From contig CBFDBY010000005.1 in assembly GCA_965603165.1 (NCBI GenBank), positions 11,474 to 75,473 of the forward strand: 64,000 bases of DNA, written 5' to 3'. Shown in pieces: positions 36,147 through 45,763 of this stretch (its first letter is position 1; each line of letters begins with the position of its first letter). This DNA comes from an uncultured Phycisphaerae bacterium (lineage in GTDB: Bacteria > Planctomycetota > Phycisphaerae > Sedimentisphaerales > Anaerobacaceae). Position numbers and translations under genes: made by a program. The notes under the pieces were generated by a model. It did not search any database, had not been told where the DNA came from, and was given only the letters and a program-made list of their open reading frames with translations.

Positions 36147-36458
36147 ATGAAGTTCGCCATGGTTGGGGTCTTGTTGGCAGCCGTTTGCTTGCAGGGAGGA
36201 TGTGCGAAATACTGGTACGGGGAAGGGAAAAGCTTCGAGCAGACCCGATACGACCTGGCGGCGTGCCACGCGGAGGCGATGCGGTACTCGGATGCCAGCC
36301 GGACACAGGGCCTGGGCGGTTTCGAGCAGAAATTCGTTCGTGAGTGCATGGAGCAAAAAGGCTATCACCTGGTCCAGGAGAAGGAATTACCTACACGGGT
36401 CAGGCGCGAAAGCTCGCCGGTCTTCGGATTGCCGGGCGTGGCGGGAACCATCGACTGA
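36147..36458 (+). CDS. Small hypothetical lipoprotein
   Basis: 103 aa. Signal peptide with lipobox LQGGC. Confidence 0.7.
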   Translation: MKFAMVGVLLAAVCLQGGCAKYWYGEGKSFEQTRYDLAACHAEAMRYSDASRTQGLGGFEQKFVRECMEQKGYHLVQEKELPTRVRRESSPVFGLPGVAGTID

Positions 36459-36532
36459 GCGGTTTCGTACCGTCCTTCGTCAAGGATTTGTAGTGTCAAG
36501 ACCCTGCACGATTGGCTGGGCCCGAATTTCGC

Positions 36533-36561
36533 TTGACAGGCAGATACGTGGGAGGTATTAA
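36533..36561 (+). promoter_or_regulatory. Promoter TTGACA-17-TATTAA for the rpmF-plsX-fab operon
   Basis: Hexamers at 36533-36538 and 36556-36561. Confidence 0.45.
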
Positions 36562-36630
36562 GGATTGTTTTACACTGACGGCGAGAAGGGGGCAGTGTGC
36601 GTTTTTGCAGAAGAATGGGAGTCGTAAACG

Positions 36631-36819
36631 ATGTTACCAGTCAAAAAGACGAGTAAGAGCCGCACGCGAACCCGGCGGTCGCATCACGCGATCAAGCCGG
36701 TGAACTATACGCTGTGCCCGAAATGCAGCCAGGCGAAACTGCCGCACGCGGCGTGCAGCAACTGCGGATACGTCAATCCGGACCTCACCCTGAAGCTCGG
36801 CAAGGAGGAAACCGACTAA
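36631..36819 (+). CDS. rpmF: 50S ribosomal protein L32
   Basis: MLPVKKTSKSRTRTRRSHHAIK...CPKC...CSNCGY. Confidence 0.95.
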   Translation: MLPVKKTSKSRTRTRRSHHAIKPVNYTLCPKCSQAKLPHAACSNCGYVNPDLTLKLGKEETD

Positions 36820-36821
36820 AC

Positions 36822-37844
36822 ATGCGTATCGCACTGGATGCCATGGGTGGCGACTATGCCCCGGATGAGATCATCGCCGGCGCGTTGGAGGCGCTGCCCC
36901 GGATTGACAAGGAGGACGAGATCCTGCTGGTTGGGCCGCAGGATCTGCTGGAGACGAAGCTGGCCGCTCTCAGATATGAGAAAGGCCGGATCACGGTCGT
37001 TGACGCCCCGGACGTGATTGCGATGGACGAGAAGCCCATCGACAGCCTGCGCAAGAAGCCGCGGAGCTCGATTGGCGTGCTGGCCAAGCTGGCCAAGCTC
37101 GACCGGGTCGATGCCGTGATCTCGGCGGGCAACACCGGAGCGTGTGTCGCAGCGTTCCAGATGCGGATGCGGACCCTGCCGGGCGTGAACCGGCCGGGAA
37201 TCGCCGTGGTCTTCCCCACCACGAATGGCCCGGTCACCATTTGTGACGTGGGCGCGAACGTTGCGTGCAAGCCGGTCAACCTCTATCAGTACGGGCTGAT
37301 GGCCAGTATCTACTCGCGGCATTTCCTCGGGCTCCAGAACCCGCGGATCGGCCTGATGAGTATCGGGCAGGAAGACGCCAAGGGCAACGAGATCGTTCGG
37401 CGAACGCGGGAACTGCTCCGCGGCGACCCGCGGCTCAATTTCATCGGCAACATCGAGGGCAGCGACATCTTCCGGGGAGTCTGTGACGTCGTGGTGTGCG
37501 AGGGCTTCGTCGGCAACGTGATCCTGAAGCTGACCGAAGGGGCTGTCGACGGGCTGTTTCGGGCGATCAAGCAGGAGCTGATGCAGGAGAAGCCGCGGCT
37601 GGCCCTGAAATTCAAACCGATCATCATGCGTGTCTGGCAGAAACATGACTACAACGAATACGGCGGTGCCCCCCTGCTCGGCGTCAACGGCACCGCGCTG
37701 ATCTGTCACGGGGCCAGCAAGGCCCGCACGATCCGCAATGCCGTGCTCAGCGCCAAGAACTGTCACACACAGAGGATCAACGACAAGATCATGGAATGTC
37801 TCTCGGAAGCCGGTGTAAGGACGACTGATGCAGAAAGAGTTTGA
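36822..37844 (+). CDS. plsX: Phosphate acyltransferase PlsX
   Basis: MRIALDAMGGDYAP start at ATG 36822. The track ORF at 36714 is an upstream extension that overlaps rpmF. Confidence 0.95.
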   Translation: MRIALDAMGGDYAPDEIIAGALEALPRIDKEDEILLVGPQDLLETKLAALRYEKGRITVVDAPDVIAMDEKPIDSLRKKPRSSIGVLAKLAKLDRVDAVISAGNTGACVAAFQMRMRTLPGVNRPGIAVVFPTTNGPVTICDVGANVACKPVNLYQYGLMASIYSRHFLGLQNPRIGLMSIGQEDAKGNEIVRRTRELLRGDPRLNFIGNIEGSDIFRGVCDVVVCEGFVGNVILKLTEGAVDGLFRAIKQELMQEKPRLALKFKPIIMRVWQKHDYNEYGGAPLLGVNGTALICHGASKARTIRNAVLSAKNCHTQRINDKIMECLSEAGVRTTDAERV

Positions 37845-38841
37845 GGACTGTCCCACCGAGAACCGCGCCGTCATTACGGGATGCGGTTCCTTTGTCCCCC
37901 CCAACATACTGAGCAATGAGGAACTCGCCCTGCGCGTAGACACGTCCGACGAGTGGATCAGGACGCGAACGGGAATCCGGGAGCGGCACATCACGACGGA
38001 CGAGGAGACGACGGCCCACCTGGCGACCGAGGCGGGCAAACGGGCCCTGGAACGTGCCGGGCTCAACGCCGAGGACCTCGAGTTGATTACCGTGGCCACG
38101 ATCACGCCGGAAATGGTCTTTCCGTCCACGGCGTGCTTCGTGCAACAAGCGCTCGGCGCCAGCAAGGCATGGGCCTTCGACGTCGCGGCGGCCTGCAGCG
38201 GGTTCGTGTATTCGCTTCACCTCGCCCAACAACAGATGGAAACCGGGCGGCTCAACAACGCGCTGGTCATCGGCGCCGAGACACTCACCAAGATCACGAA
38301 CTGGAAGGACCGGACGAGCTGCATTCTCTTCGGCGACGGGGCCGGCGCGGTCGTGCTGGAGCGAAAGACAGACAGCGGGCGGGGCATCATGTACAGCACG
38401 CTGGGTTCCGACGGGACTTACTGGGAATCGCTGAACTGCCGGGCCTATGGCTCGCGGCATCCGGCGCCCAGGCCGCTCGAAGACCCGGAGATGGCTCTGA
38501 TGCAGATCAAGGGCCGGGAAGTGTACCAGCAGGCGGTGCGACGGATCGTCGAGGCCGTTACCAACTGCCTGGACCACTGCGGCCTGACGCTCGACGATGT
38601 GGCCATGCTGATCTCGCACCAAATGAACGCCAGAATCATCGAGTCGGCGGCCAAGCGGCTGAACGTGCCCGAGGGGAAAGTCTTCGTCAATATTCACAGC
38701 TACGGCAATACGTCTGCGGCTTCCGTGCCGATCGCCCTTGATGAATGCGTGCGGCAGGGCAAGGTCAAGAAAGGGGACGTCGTCATCCTCGTGGCGTTCG
38801 GCGCCGGTGTCACCTGGGGCGCGAACGTAATAGAAATCTGA
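37828..38841 (+). CDS. fabH: 3-oxoacyl-ACP synthase III
   Basis: AVITGCGSFVP and the active-site AACSGF. Overlaps the plsX end by 17 nt. Confidence 0.95.
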   Translation: MQKEFEDCPTENRAVITGCGSFVPPNILSNEELALRVDTSDEWIRTRTGIRERHITTDEETTAHLATEAGKRALERAGLNAEDLELITVATITPEMVFPSTACFVQQALGASKAWAFDVAAACSGFVYSLHLAQQQMETGRLNNALVIGAETLTKITNWKDRTSCILFGDGAGAVVLERKTDSGRGIMYSTLGSDGTYWESLNCRAYGSRHPAPRPLEDPEMALMQIKGREVYQQAVRRIVEAVTNCLDHCGLTLDDVAMLISHQMNARIIESAAKRLNVPEGKVFVNIHSYGNTSAASVPIALDECVRQGKVKKGDVVILVAFGAGVTWGANVIEI

Positions 38842-38900
38842 GGTTTGGGCGGCGTTGACGGGGTGTTGGTGTTGGAGATTCAAGTTCAGGGATACGAACG

Positions 38901-39842
38901 ATGAGAACCGCCTTTCTATTTCCGGGACAGGGCGCCCAAACCGTGGGCATGGGCGCTGACATTGCACAGGCGTTCCCGGCGGCGGCCGAACTGTTTGAGA
39001 AGGCCAACGAGATCGTCGGGTTCGACCTTCGAAGGATGTGCTTCGAGGGTCCGGCCGACCGGCTCAACAGCACGACGATGTCCCAGCCGGCGATCTTCGT
39101 GACCTCCGCCGCCTTGCTGGAGATCTTGCGGACGCACTCTGCCACGGCCCATATCAAGCCGGAGATTACCGCAGGGCTTAGTATGGGGGAGTACACGGCT
39201 CTCTACGCCGCAGGAATCGTGAGCTTCGAGGATGGACTGAGGCTGGTCCGGAAACGGGGCGAGGCGATGCAGGCCGCAGCCGATGCGACCGAAGGGGCCA
39301 TGGTCAGTATCATCGGTCTGGATGAGCCGAAGGTACGGCAGCTCTGCGAGGAGGCCCGTGAAGGAGAGTTGCTCGAGCCGGTCAACTTCAACTGTCCCGG
39401 GCAAATTGTTGTCAGCGGCACACTTGACGCCTGCGAACGGGCCGAGCGCCTGGCGGAGCAGCACGGTGCGGTAAAGGCCATACGGCTGGAGGTGGCCGGG
39501 GCATTCCACACCCAGATGATGTCCGGCGCCGCCGAGACCCTCAGAACGGCGCTGCGCGAAACGCAGATCTCCGAACCAGGATCCATCCGGACCATTGCCA
39601 ACGTCGACGCTGAATATTACCGGACCGCCGACGGCATTACTGAGGGCCTGACCCGACAGCTTACGAGTGCGATTCTGTGGCAGAGGTGCATGGAGCGCCT
39701 GTTGGCCGACGGTGTTGAGCAATTCTATGAGATCGGCCCGGGGCGCGTGCTCACCGGTTTGATGAGGCGGATCAGCCGCAAAACAAAGGTGATCAATATC
39801 AGCGATTTGGGCTCCCTGGAAGCCCTGATCGGACAGGCATAG
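38901..39842 (+). CDS. fabD: Malonyl-CoA-ACP transacylase
   Basis: FLFPGQGAQ and GLSMGEY motifs. Confidence 0.95.
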   Translation: MRTAFLFPGQGAQTVGMGADIAQAFPAAAELFEKANEIVGFDLRRMCFEGPADRLNSTTMSQPAIFVTSAALLEILRTHSATAHIKPEITAGLSMGEYTALYAAGIVSFEDGLRLVRKRGEAMQAAADATEGAMVSIIGLDEPKVRQLCEEAREGELLEPVNFNCPGQIVVSGTLDACERAERLAEQHGAVKAIRLEVAGAFHTQMMSGAAETLRTALRETQISEPGSIRTIANVDAEYYRTADGITEGLTRQLTSAILWQRCMERLLADGVEQFYEIGPGRVLTGLMRRISRKTKVINISDLGSLEALIGQA

Positions 39843-39870
39843 AGGCCGGGGATTCAAGGGATCGCCCGCC

Positions 39871-40623
39871 TTGGAGACAGACAGGATGGCTGAAAAACGA
39901 TTGGCAGTAGTGACAGGCGCGGCACGCGGCATCGGCCGTGCCATTGTATTCGAGCTGCTCAAGCAGGGCCGAATCGTCGCCGGGCTCGATATAGTCGAGG
40001 ATCAGCTCAAGGACCTCGAACAGGCCGCAGAAAAGGCCGGCTTCCAGGTTGTGACGCGGCGCGTCGACATCACCCAGACGGATCAGTTCACGGAAGTGCT
40101 GGAGTCCCTCGCGTCGCAGTACGACGGCATCGGCGTCCTCGTCAACAATGCCGGGATTACCAAGGACAGCCTGCTGATCCGGATGAGCGATGAAGACTTC
40201 GACAAGGTGCTGACCGTCAACCTCCGGGCCGCTTTTGTCGCCACGCGGGTCGCCGCCAAGTCGATGCTGCGCAACAAGTTCGGACGCCTCATCAATATCA
40301 GCTCGGTCTCGGGCGTCATGGGCAATGCCGGCCAGGCGAACTACTCGGCCAGCAAGGCCGGCCTGATCGGCCTGGCAAAAACGGCGGCCCGCGAGTTGGC
40401 CAAGAAGAACGTCACGGCCAACTGCATCGCCCCCGGCTTTATTGATACTGAGATGGCCCGAAAGCTGCCCCAGCCGGTGATTGATGCGGCGGTTGAACTC
40501 ATTCCCATGCGTCGTGTGGGCACCGTCGAGGATGTCGCCAAGGCCGCCGCGTTCCTCGCGAGCGATGATGCCGGCTATATCACAGGCCAGGTCCTTTGCG
40601 TCGATGGTGGCATGGCCATGTAA
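39871..40623 (+). CDS. fabG: 3-oxoacyl-ACP reductase
   Basis: SDR motifs TGAARGIG and YSASKAG. The start could be Met 6 (39886). Confidence 0.95.
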   Translation: METDRMAEKRLAVVTGAARGIGRAIVFELLKQGRIVAGLDIVEDQLKDLEQAAEKAGFQVVTRRVDITQTDQFTEVLESLASQYDGIGVLVNNAGITKDSLLIRMSDEDFDKVLTVNLRAAFVATRVAAKSMLRNKFGRLINISSVSGVMGNAGQANYSASKAGLIGLAKTAARELAKKNVTANCIAPGFIDTEMARKLPQPVIDAAVELIPMRRVGTVEDVAKAAAFLASDDAGYITGQVLCVDGGMAM

Positions 40624-40641
40624 AAAAAGTTCAAAAAATGT

Positions 40642-40670
40642 TTGTCTACACCCCCCCCAGTCGGTAATAT
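40642..40670 (+). promoter_or_regulatory. Candidate internal promoter TTGTCT-17-TAATAT ahead of acpP
   Basis: Hexamers at 40642-40647 and 40665-40670 in the 148-nt AT-richer gap. Confidence 0.35.
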
Positions 40671-40771
40671 ACCGCCGAAAATCGGGAGGGTGGCAGGCGT
40701 GCAGGTATATCCAGGGAGTCGCGGCCAAGGCCTAACGAGAGAATTCCGATTCTGTTCAGGAGGATACACAA

Positions 40772-41050
40772 GTGAGTATCGACGAGGTAGATAGCCAGGC
40801 GATTGAGAATAAAGTGATCGAGATCATCAGCGAACAGATGGGCGTTGATAAATCCGAAATCACGCGAGAAACCTCCTTCATTAACGACCTGAATGCCGAC
40901 TCTCTAGATACGGTGGAGCTCGTCATGGAATTCGAGGATGAATTCGACATGAGCATCCCCGATGAGGAGGCGGAGAAGATTCAGACCGTCGGCGCCGCCA
41001 TCAGTTACATCATCAACATCGCACAGACCAAGAAGAAAGAAAGCGCGTAG
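40772..41050 (+). CDS. acpP: Acyl carrier protein
   Basis: GTG start with AGGAGG at 40758-40763. Phosphopantetheine site [13 protein letters not shown]. Confidence 0.95.
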   Translation: MSIDEVDSQAIENKVIEIISEQMGVDKSEITRETSFINDLNADSLDTVELVMEFEDEFDMSIPDEEAEKIQTVGAAISYIINIAQTKKKESA

Positions 41051-41055
41051 GTTCC

Positions 41056-42300
41056 ATGGATAGACGCCGAGTCGTTATCACGGGCCTGGGGTGTGTCACC
41101 GCGCTTGCCGAGTCCGTTGAGGGATTGTTTATTGCGCTGTGCGAGGGCCGGAGCGGGGTTTCCGCCATTGAGTCGTTCGACGCCAACCTCTTTACGGTCC
41201 ATTTCGGTGGCGAGATCAAAAACTTCGACGTGACGAAGTACATCGACAGGCGCGAAGCCAAGCGAATGGACCGGTTCAGCGAGTTCGCCGTGGTCGGGGC
41301 GATTCAGGCCGTCAGGGACAGCGGCTTGGACTTCTCCAGGGAAGACCCCTATCGCATGGGGGTCATCGTCGGAACGGGGATCGGTGGGATCAAGGAAATT
41401 GAGGAGCAGCATATCCGCCTGCTCAGTAAAGGGCCGAAAAAGGTGTCGCCCTTCTGCGTCCCCCGACTGATGGCCAACGCGGGCAGCGGAAACATTGCCA
41501 TCCAGTTCGGGCTGCGGGGCCCCAGCTTTTCGGTCTCCAGTGCGTGTGCCTCCGGCAACCACACGATCGGGGAGTCGTTCTGGAACATCGCGAGCGGTCG
41601 AAGTGATGTCGTGGTCACCGGCGGGTCCGAGGCTGCGCTGACGCCCATCGGCCTCGGCTCGTTCTGTGCGGCCCGGTCCCTGAGCACCCGCAATGACAAT
41701 CCGCAGGCCGCCTCGAGGCCGTTTGACCGCGACCGTGACGGTTTCGTCCTGGCCGAGGGCGCCGGTATCCTCATCCTTGAAGAATACGAGCACGCCAGGA
41801 AACGGGACGCAAAGATCTACGCCGAACTGCTCGGTTATGGCGCCACGGACGACGGATACCATATCACCGCCCCGTTGCCGGACGGCGAAGGGGCGGCCAT
41901 GGCGATGAAGCTGGCCCTGGCCGATGCGAAGCTCAACCCCGAGGACGTCGACTACATCAATGCCCACGGGACCAGCACCGAACTGAACGACATCGCCGAG
42001 AGCATGGCCATCAGGACCGTTTTCGGAGAACACGCTTATAAAATGCCCATCAGCTCGACGAAGAGCTGCCTGGGGCACATGCTCGGCGCGACGGCCGCGG
42101 TCGAATTGATCGCTGCGGTCAAGACGATCAATGAGTCGATCATTCCGCCGACCATCAACCTCGAAAACCAGGATGAGCGGTGCGATCTCAAAATGGACTA
42201 TGTCCCGCTGAAAGCGCGGCAAGCCAGGGTGAACGTAGTGCTGAGCAATTCCTTCGGTTTCGGCGGCCACAACGCGTGCGTCATCGTCGGAAGGGTGTAA
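41056..42300 (+). CDS. fabF: 3-oxoacyl-ACP synthase II
   Basis: 414 aa. Active-site SSACASG, HGTST and GFGGHN motifs. Confidence 0.95.
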   Translation: MDRRRVVITGLGCVTALAESVEGLFIALCEGRSGVSAIESFDANLFTVHFGGEIKNFDVTKYIDRREAKRMDRFSEFAVVGAIQAVRDSGLDFSREDPYRMGVIVGTGIGGIKEIEEQHIRLLSKGPKKVSPFCVPRLMANAGSGNIAIQFGLRGPSFSVSSACASGNHTIGESFWNIASGRSDVVVTGGSEAALTPIGLGSFCAARSLSTRNDNPQAASRPFDRDRDGFVLAEGAGILILEEYEHARKRDAKIYAELLGYGATDDGYHITAPLPDGEGAAMAMKLALADAKLNPEDVDYINAHGTSTELNDIAESMAIRTVFGEHAYKMPISSTKSCLGHMLGATAAVELIAAVKTINESIIPPTINLENQDERCDLKMDYVPLKARQARVNVVLSNSFGFGGHNACVIVGRV

Positions 42301-42417
42301 ACACACAGAACGGGCGGGGGAAGCGGCCCATTCCATGCGTGCCCTGCGCTGTGCATGCCGATAGGACAGACGACGGGTCGTTTGCGCGGACACCAACTGG
42401 AAAGGCGATGACACAGA

Positions 42418-43383
42418 ATGTTTTGGGCGCTCCTGGTCCTGGCCATCGGACTGGTACTTTTGTGGAAGGGTGCCGATCTTCTCGTCGGCGGCGCCGTCGG
42501 ACTGGCGGAACGGATGGGGGTCAGCCAGCTTGTCATGGGACTGACGATCGTGGCGATGGGCACTTCGGCGCCGGAGGTCGCGGCAAGCATCGCCGCCGCC
42601 GTCAGCGGCAAGGGGGACATAGCGATCGGCAACGTCTATGGCTCCAACATCGCCAATCTGGCGCTGGTGGGCGGCCTGGTCGCCCTGCTCCGCCCGCTGC
42701 AGGTCCCGGCCGGGACGCTCAGACGGGAAATCCCCGCGATGCTCGGCGTGGCACTGCTGCTGTGGCTGCCTCTGCACGACCTGACCACATCGAGAGTAGA
42801 CGCCCTGCTTCTGTTGCTGGTCTTTGCAGTATTGGTGGTCTATACGGTTCGCACGGCCCGAGCGACCCGAACGAACAGGCCCGCCGAGCCATCACACGTA
42901 GCCGCGAAGCCCGTCCGAACTCTGGGGCGTGATATCCTCTCCATGGCGTTCGGGCTGGCCGCCCTGGCGGGTGGCGCGCGCATGGCCGTTTACGGCGCCG
43001 TCGCCATCGGCACTCGAATCGGCCTGAGCGATGCGGTCATCGGCTCGACAATCATGGCCGTCGGCACATCGCTGCCCGAGCTTGTGACCTGTGTGGTCGC
43101 GGCAGTCAAGGGACATCACGATATCTCGGTGGGCAACCTGGTCGGCTCGAATATCTTCAACACCCTCCTGGTCGTCGGGGCGGCCGGGATTATTCATCCA
43201 TTCACGATCGGCGCACGATTTGCCGGCGGCCCGGACTACTGGATCATGATTGCCGTCAGCGCGGGGTTTGGGATGGCCGCCGTCCTCGGCAGACGAACGA
43301 TTGGCCGAATCGGCGGAACCGTCCTCCTCGCCGCCTATGCGGGGTACATGGTCTTCCTGCTCAGCGGTACGGGCCCTGTGTAA
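42418..43383 (+). CDS. Calcium/sodium antiporter (CaCA family, YrbG-like)
   Basis: Two alpha-repeats, GNVYGSNIANLAL and GNLVGSNIFNTLL. Confidence 0.9.
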   Translation: MFWALLVLAIGLVLLWKGADLLVGGAVGLAERMGVSQLVMGLTIVAMGTSAPEVAASIAAAVSGKGDIAIGNVYGSNIANLALVGGLVALLRPLQVPAGTLRREIPAMLGVALLLWLPLHDLTTSRVDALLLLLVFAVLVVYTVRTARATRTNRPAEPSHVAAKPVRTLGRDILSMAFGLAALAGGARMAVYGAVAIGTRIGLSDAVIGSTIMAVGTSLPELVTCVVAAVKGHHDISVGNLVGSNIFNTLLVVGAAGIIHPFTIGARFAGGPDYWIMIAVSAGFGMAAVLGRRTIGRIGGTVLLAAYAGYMVFLLSGTGPV

Positions 43384-43426
43384 TTCACGCGTGGTGCTCC
43401 CGTCCCCCCCACGCTGGCGGGCGGCC

Positions 43427-45064
43427 TTACGGGTTCAGAAACATCGCATCGGCAAAGATATCCGAGAAATCCTTCTCGTGCGCGATCTCGACGTATTGCA
43501 TCTCCCTCGCGAGTTTGGCGGCTCTTTGCCGGCATTCATCGCTGATCAGCAGCATCCGGGCTCCCATGACGGCTGCATTGCCGACCGAACGGATGCGATC
43601 GAGAGGCACATTGGGCAAAAGCCCGATGCGGACGGCGCTTCGCGGCCGGATGTAATTCCCGAACGCCCCGGCCAGCAGGATCCTGTCGAGGTCCAGGTCG
43701 GTCATGTCGAACCGGCTCAGAAGGATCCGGATGCCGGCCCGCAGCGCGGCCTTGGCAAGCTGTACCTCACGAACGTCCCTCTGAGTCAGGATCACGCCCG
43801 GCCGGGGATTCTGCTCGTCGAACGCCAGGCAAAACGCAGGCTGTCCCTCGCATTCCAAAACGCGGGACCGGATGGATTCCGGCAGGTGCTCTTGCAGGTT
43901 CTGGCGATCCATGAATCGGCCGGTCGCATCGATGATGCCAAGGTCGAGCAAGACGGCGACCGCGTCAATCAGGCCGCTGCCGCAAATCGATCGCGGTAAC
44001 GTATCGCCGATGACGTCCAGCGAGAGGTCGTCGTTGGCAACCACGGCTTCGATGGCCCCCTCGGCCGCCCTGCTGCCGTGCGTAATGCGCGCCCCTTCGA
44101 GAGCCGGTCCGGCCGCACAACTCGCGGCGTAAAGCCTCTCGCGTGTCCCTAACACAATCTCACCATTCGTCCCGATGTCCACGACCAGGGTCGCATCCCC
44201 GACGCGATCCATCTCCACCGCCAACGCAACCGCCGTCGTATCGGCGCCTACGAATCCCGCGATATTCTCCACGCAGTGGACGTTCCCCTCAGGATTCATA
44301 TCGATCCCTACTTGCACGGGGGACACGTCGTGGGCATCCGTCGACCAGGCGCGATAGGGGGCCTGGCCAAGCTGCTCAACGGGAAACCGCAGGAATATGT
44401 GGTTCATTGTCGTATTACCGACGACACACGCCTCGTAGACGCTCGACGCGCTAAGGCCGGCTTGACGGCAGAGCTTCCGAAGCAAGTCATTGATACAGGT
44501 GATGATGAGACCGTGCAACTCGGCTAAATGCCTGTCGGACCGGGCATAGTTGATGCGGCTGACCACATCGTCGCCGAAACGGGTCTGCGGATTGAGTGCG
44601 GCCTCCGTGGCCAGACACCGCCCGTCGGCCATGTCGACGAGCTTGGCAACCACGGTGGTGGTCCCAATGTCGACGGCGATGCCATAGATGCCGCCGGTGC
44701 CTGCAATCGACGGGTATTTTCGGTACACGGTGGGCTGGATCTCCGCGCGCGCATCCGGCCCGTCGACGAGGATTTTGTGCTCATAGAAGCGCGACTCCGG
44801 CGGGACCACTACCACCAAGTCGCTCTCCACACGGTATTGACACGCAAGGATTTGTTGCCCGGAGGGATACAGTCGAACGGCGCACTTGCCACAGGTGCCT
44901 TTGCCGCCGCAGGATGTCGTCAGAATGATACCGGCCTGTCCCGCGGCCTCAAGGACGGTAGCACCCCGATGGACCGAGATCTCCCTGTCGTCCGGCTTGA
45001 AGAGTATGCGGAAATGCCTGATTCCCGTCATGGGCACTCGGCCTGATGAGCCGCCGTCCGGCAT
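43427..45064 (-). CDS. 2Fe-2S ferredoxin domain plus ASKHA ATPase (DUF4445; RACo-like corrinoid reductive activase family)
   Basis: 545 aa. N-terminal TSCGGKGTCGKCAV cluster motif, then ASKHA-type GIAVDIGTTT and VVDIGTNGE phosphate loops. Confidence 0.8.
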   Translation of the reverse strand: MPDGGSSGRVPMTGIRHFRILFKPDDREISVHRGATVLEAAGQAGIILTTSCGGKGTCGKCAVRLYPSGQQILACQYRVESDLVVVVPPESRFYEHKILVDGPDARAEIQPTVYRKYPSIAGTGGIYGIAVDIGTTTVVAKLVDMADGRCLATEAALNPQTRFGDDVVSRINYARSDRHLAELHGLIITCINDLLRKLCRQAGLSASSVYEACVVGNTTMNHIFLRFPVEQLGQAPYRAWSTDAHDVSPVQVGIDMNPEGNVHCVENIAGFVGADTTAVALAVEMDRVGDATLVVDIGTNGEIVLGTRERLYAASCAAGPALEGARITHGSRAAEGAIEAVVANDDLSLDVIGDTLPRSICGSGLIDAVAVLLDLGIIDATGRFMDRQNLQEHLPESIRSRVLECEGQPAFCLAFDEQNPRPGVILTQRDVREVQLAKAALRAGIRILLSRFDMTDLDLDRILLAGAFGNYIRPRSAVRIGLLPNVPLDRIRSVGNAAVMGARMLLISDECRQRAAKLAREMQYVEIAHEKDFSDIFADAMFLNP

Positions 45065-45107
45065 CGCACTTCTTCACGGGGCTGCCAACCCCGGAAAGAA
45101 ACCGCTC

Positions 45108-45188
45108 TTAGCTGATCTTGTGCCTGATCTTCCAACGCGTGCGTCTCTTCTTGCTGCCGACCTTCCTTCTGCGTCTTGGTTTGGCCAT
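45108..45188 (-). CDS. 26-codon ultra-basic micro-ORF (MAKPRRRRKVGSKKRRTRWKIRHKIS); possible small ribosome-associated peptide
   Basis: Below the track's length cut-off. ATG 45188 and TAA 45108. 15 of 26 residues are R/K/H. It lies 43 nt upstream of, and co-directional with, the RACo-like gene. There is no strong SD. Confidence 0.35.
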   Translation of the reverse strand: MAKPRRRRKVGSKKRRTRWKIRHKIS

Positions 45189-45216
45189 GTATTCGTCCAA
45201 CAAAAGGGTAAATTCT

Positions 45217-45246
45217 TTGCTACGGATACGCCCGGAGTCGTATAAT
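45217..45246 (+). promoter_or_regulatory. Promoter TTGCTA-18-TATAAT
   Basis: Hexamers at 45217-45222 and 45241-45246, about 70 nt upstream of ATG 45316. Confidence 0.4.
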
Positions 45247-45315
45247 GCAGTTTAGCACAGGCGGAACGTTCGTGTAAAGGCAAAAAACGCAGATACCTCA
45301 GATTGAGGTGCAGAC

Positions 45316-45618
45316 ATGATCCAGTGCGCACAATGCGATCTCTGTGAGACGGGCCCGGACGGCCGCAAGATGTTCAAATGCGACCCGTTCTGTAATATCA
45401 AGGAGGCCGAGTGCATCGCAAAATGGCAGCTCATCCGGCTCGATATGCTCCTGGCCAGCTATCAGAGCATGCTGAAATGGTACAGCAAGCTCGCGCCGCT
45501 TCAGGATAAGATGCTCAAGTACGTCCAGCGGGAGATCAACGACATCGAGGAGTCCGACGGCTGGAAGCTCGAGCAGGAGGAGCAAGACGAGGACCCCGAC
45601 GAGAAGTGGCCCCTCTGA
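45316..45618 (+). CDS. Hypothetical Cys-rich 100-aa protein with an acidic tail
   Basis: N-terminus CAQCDLC...C(x3)C...C has six Cys in 33 aa, then helical sequence, then an acidic tail EQEEQDEDPDE. Confidence 0.6.
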   Translation: MIQCAQCDLCETGPDGRKMFKCDPFCNIKEAECIAKWQLIRLDMLLASYQSMLKWYSKLAPLQDKMLKYVQREINDIEESDGWKLEQEEQDEDPDEKWPL

Positions 45619-45763
45619 TGGCACAACACGGCGGCTGGGCGTCTTCCATAATCACAGTGGGGGTGAACGCCACAACGAAGGCGGGCCCGCGCACGACCGT
45701 CGGCTTCGTGGATTCCCGCAATAAACCTTGGCAGGCAAGCGTCTCTTGTAGTGAACGCAGCAG

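Noticed and set aside
41005-42777. 590-aa minus-strand ORF
   Set aside because: It is antisense to fabF and the antiporter gene.
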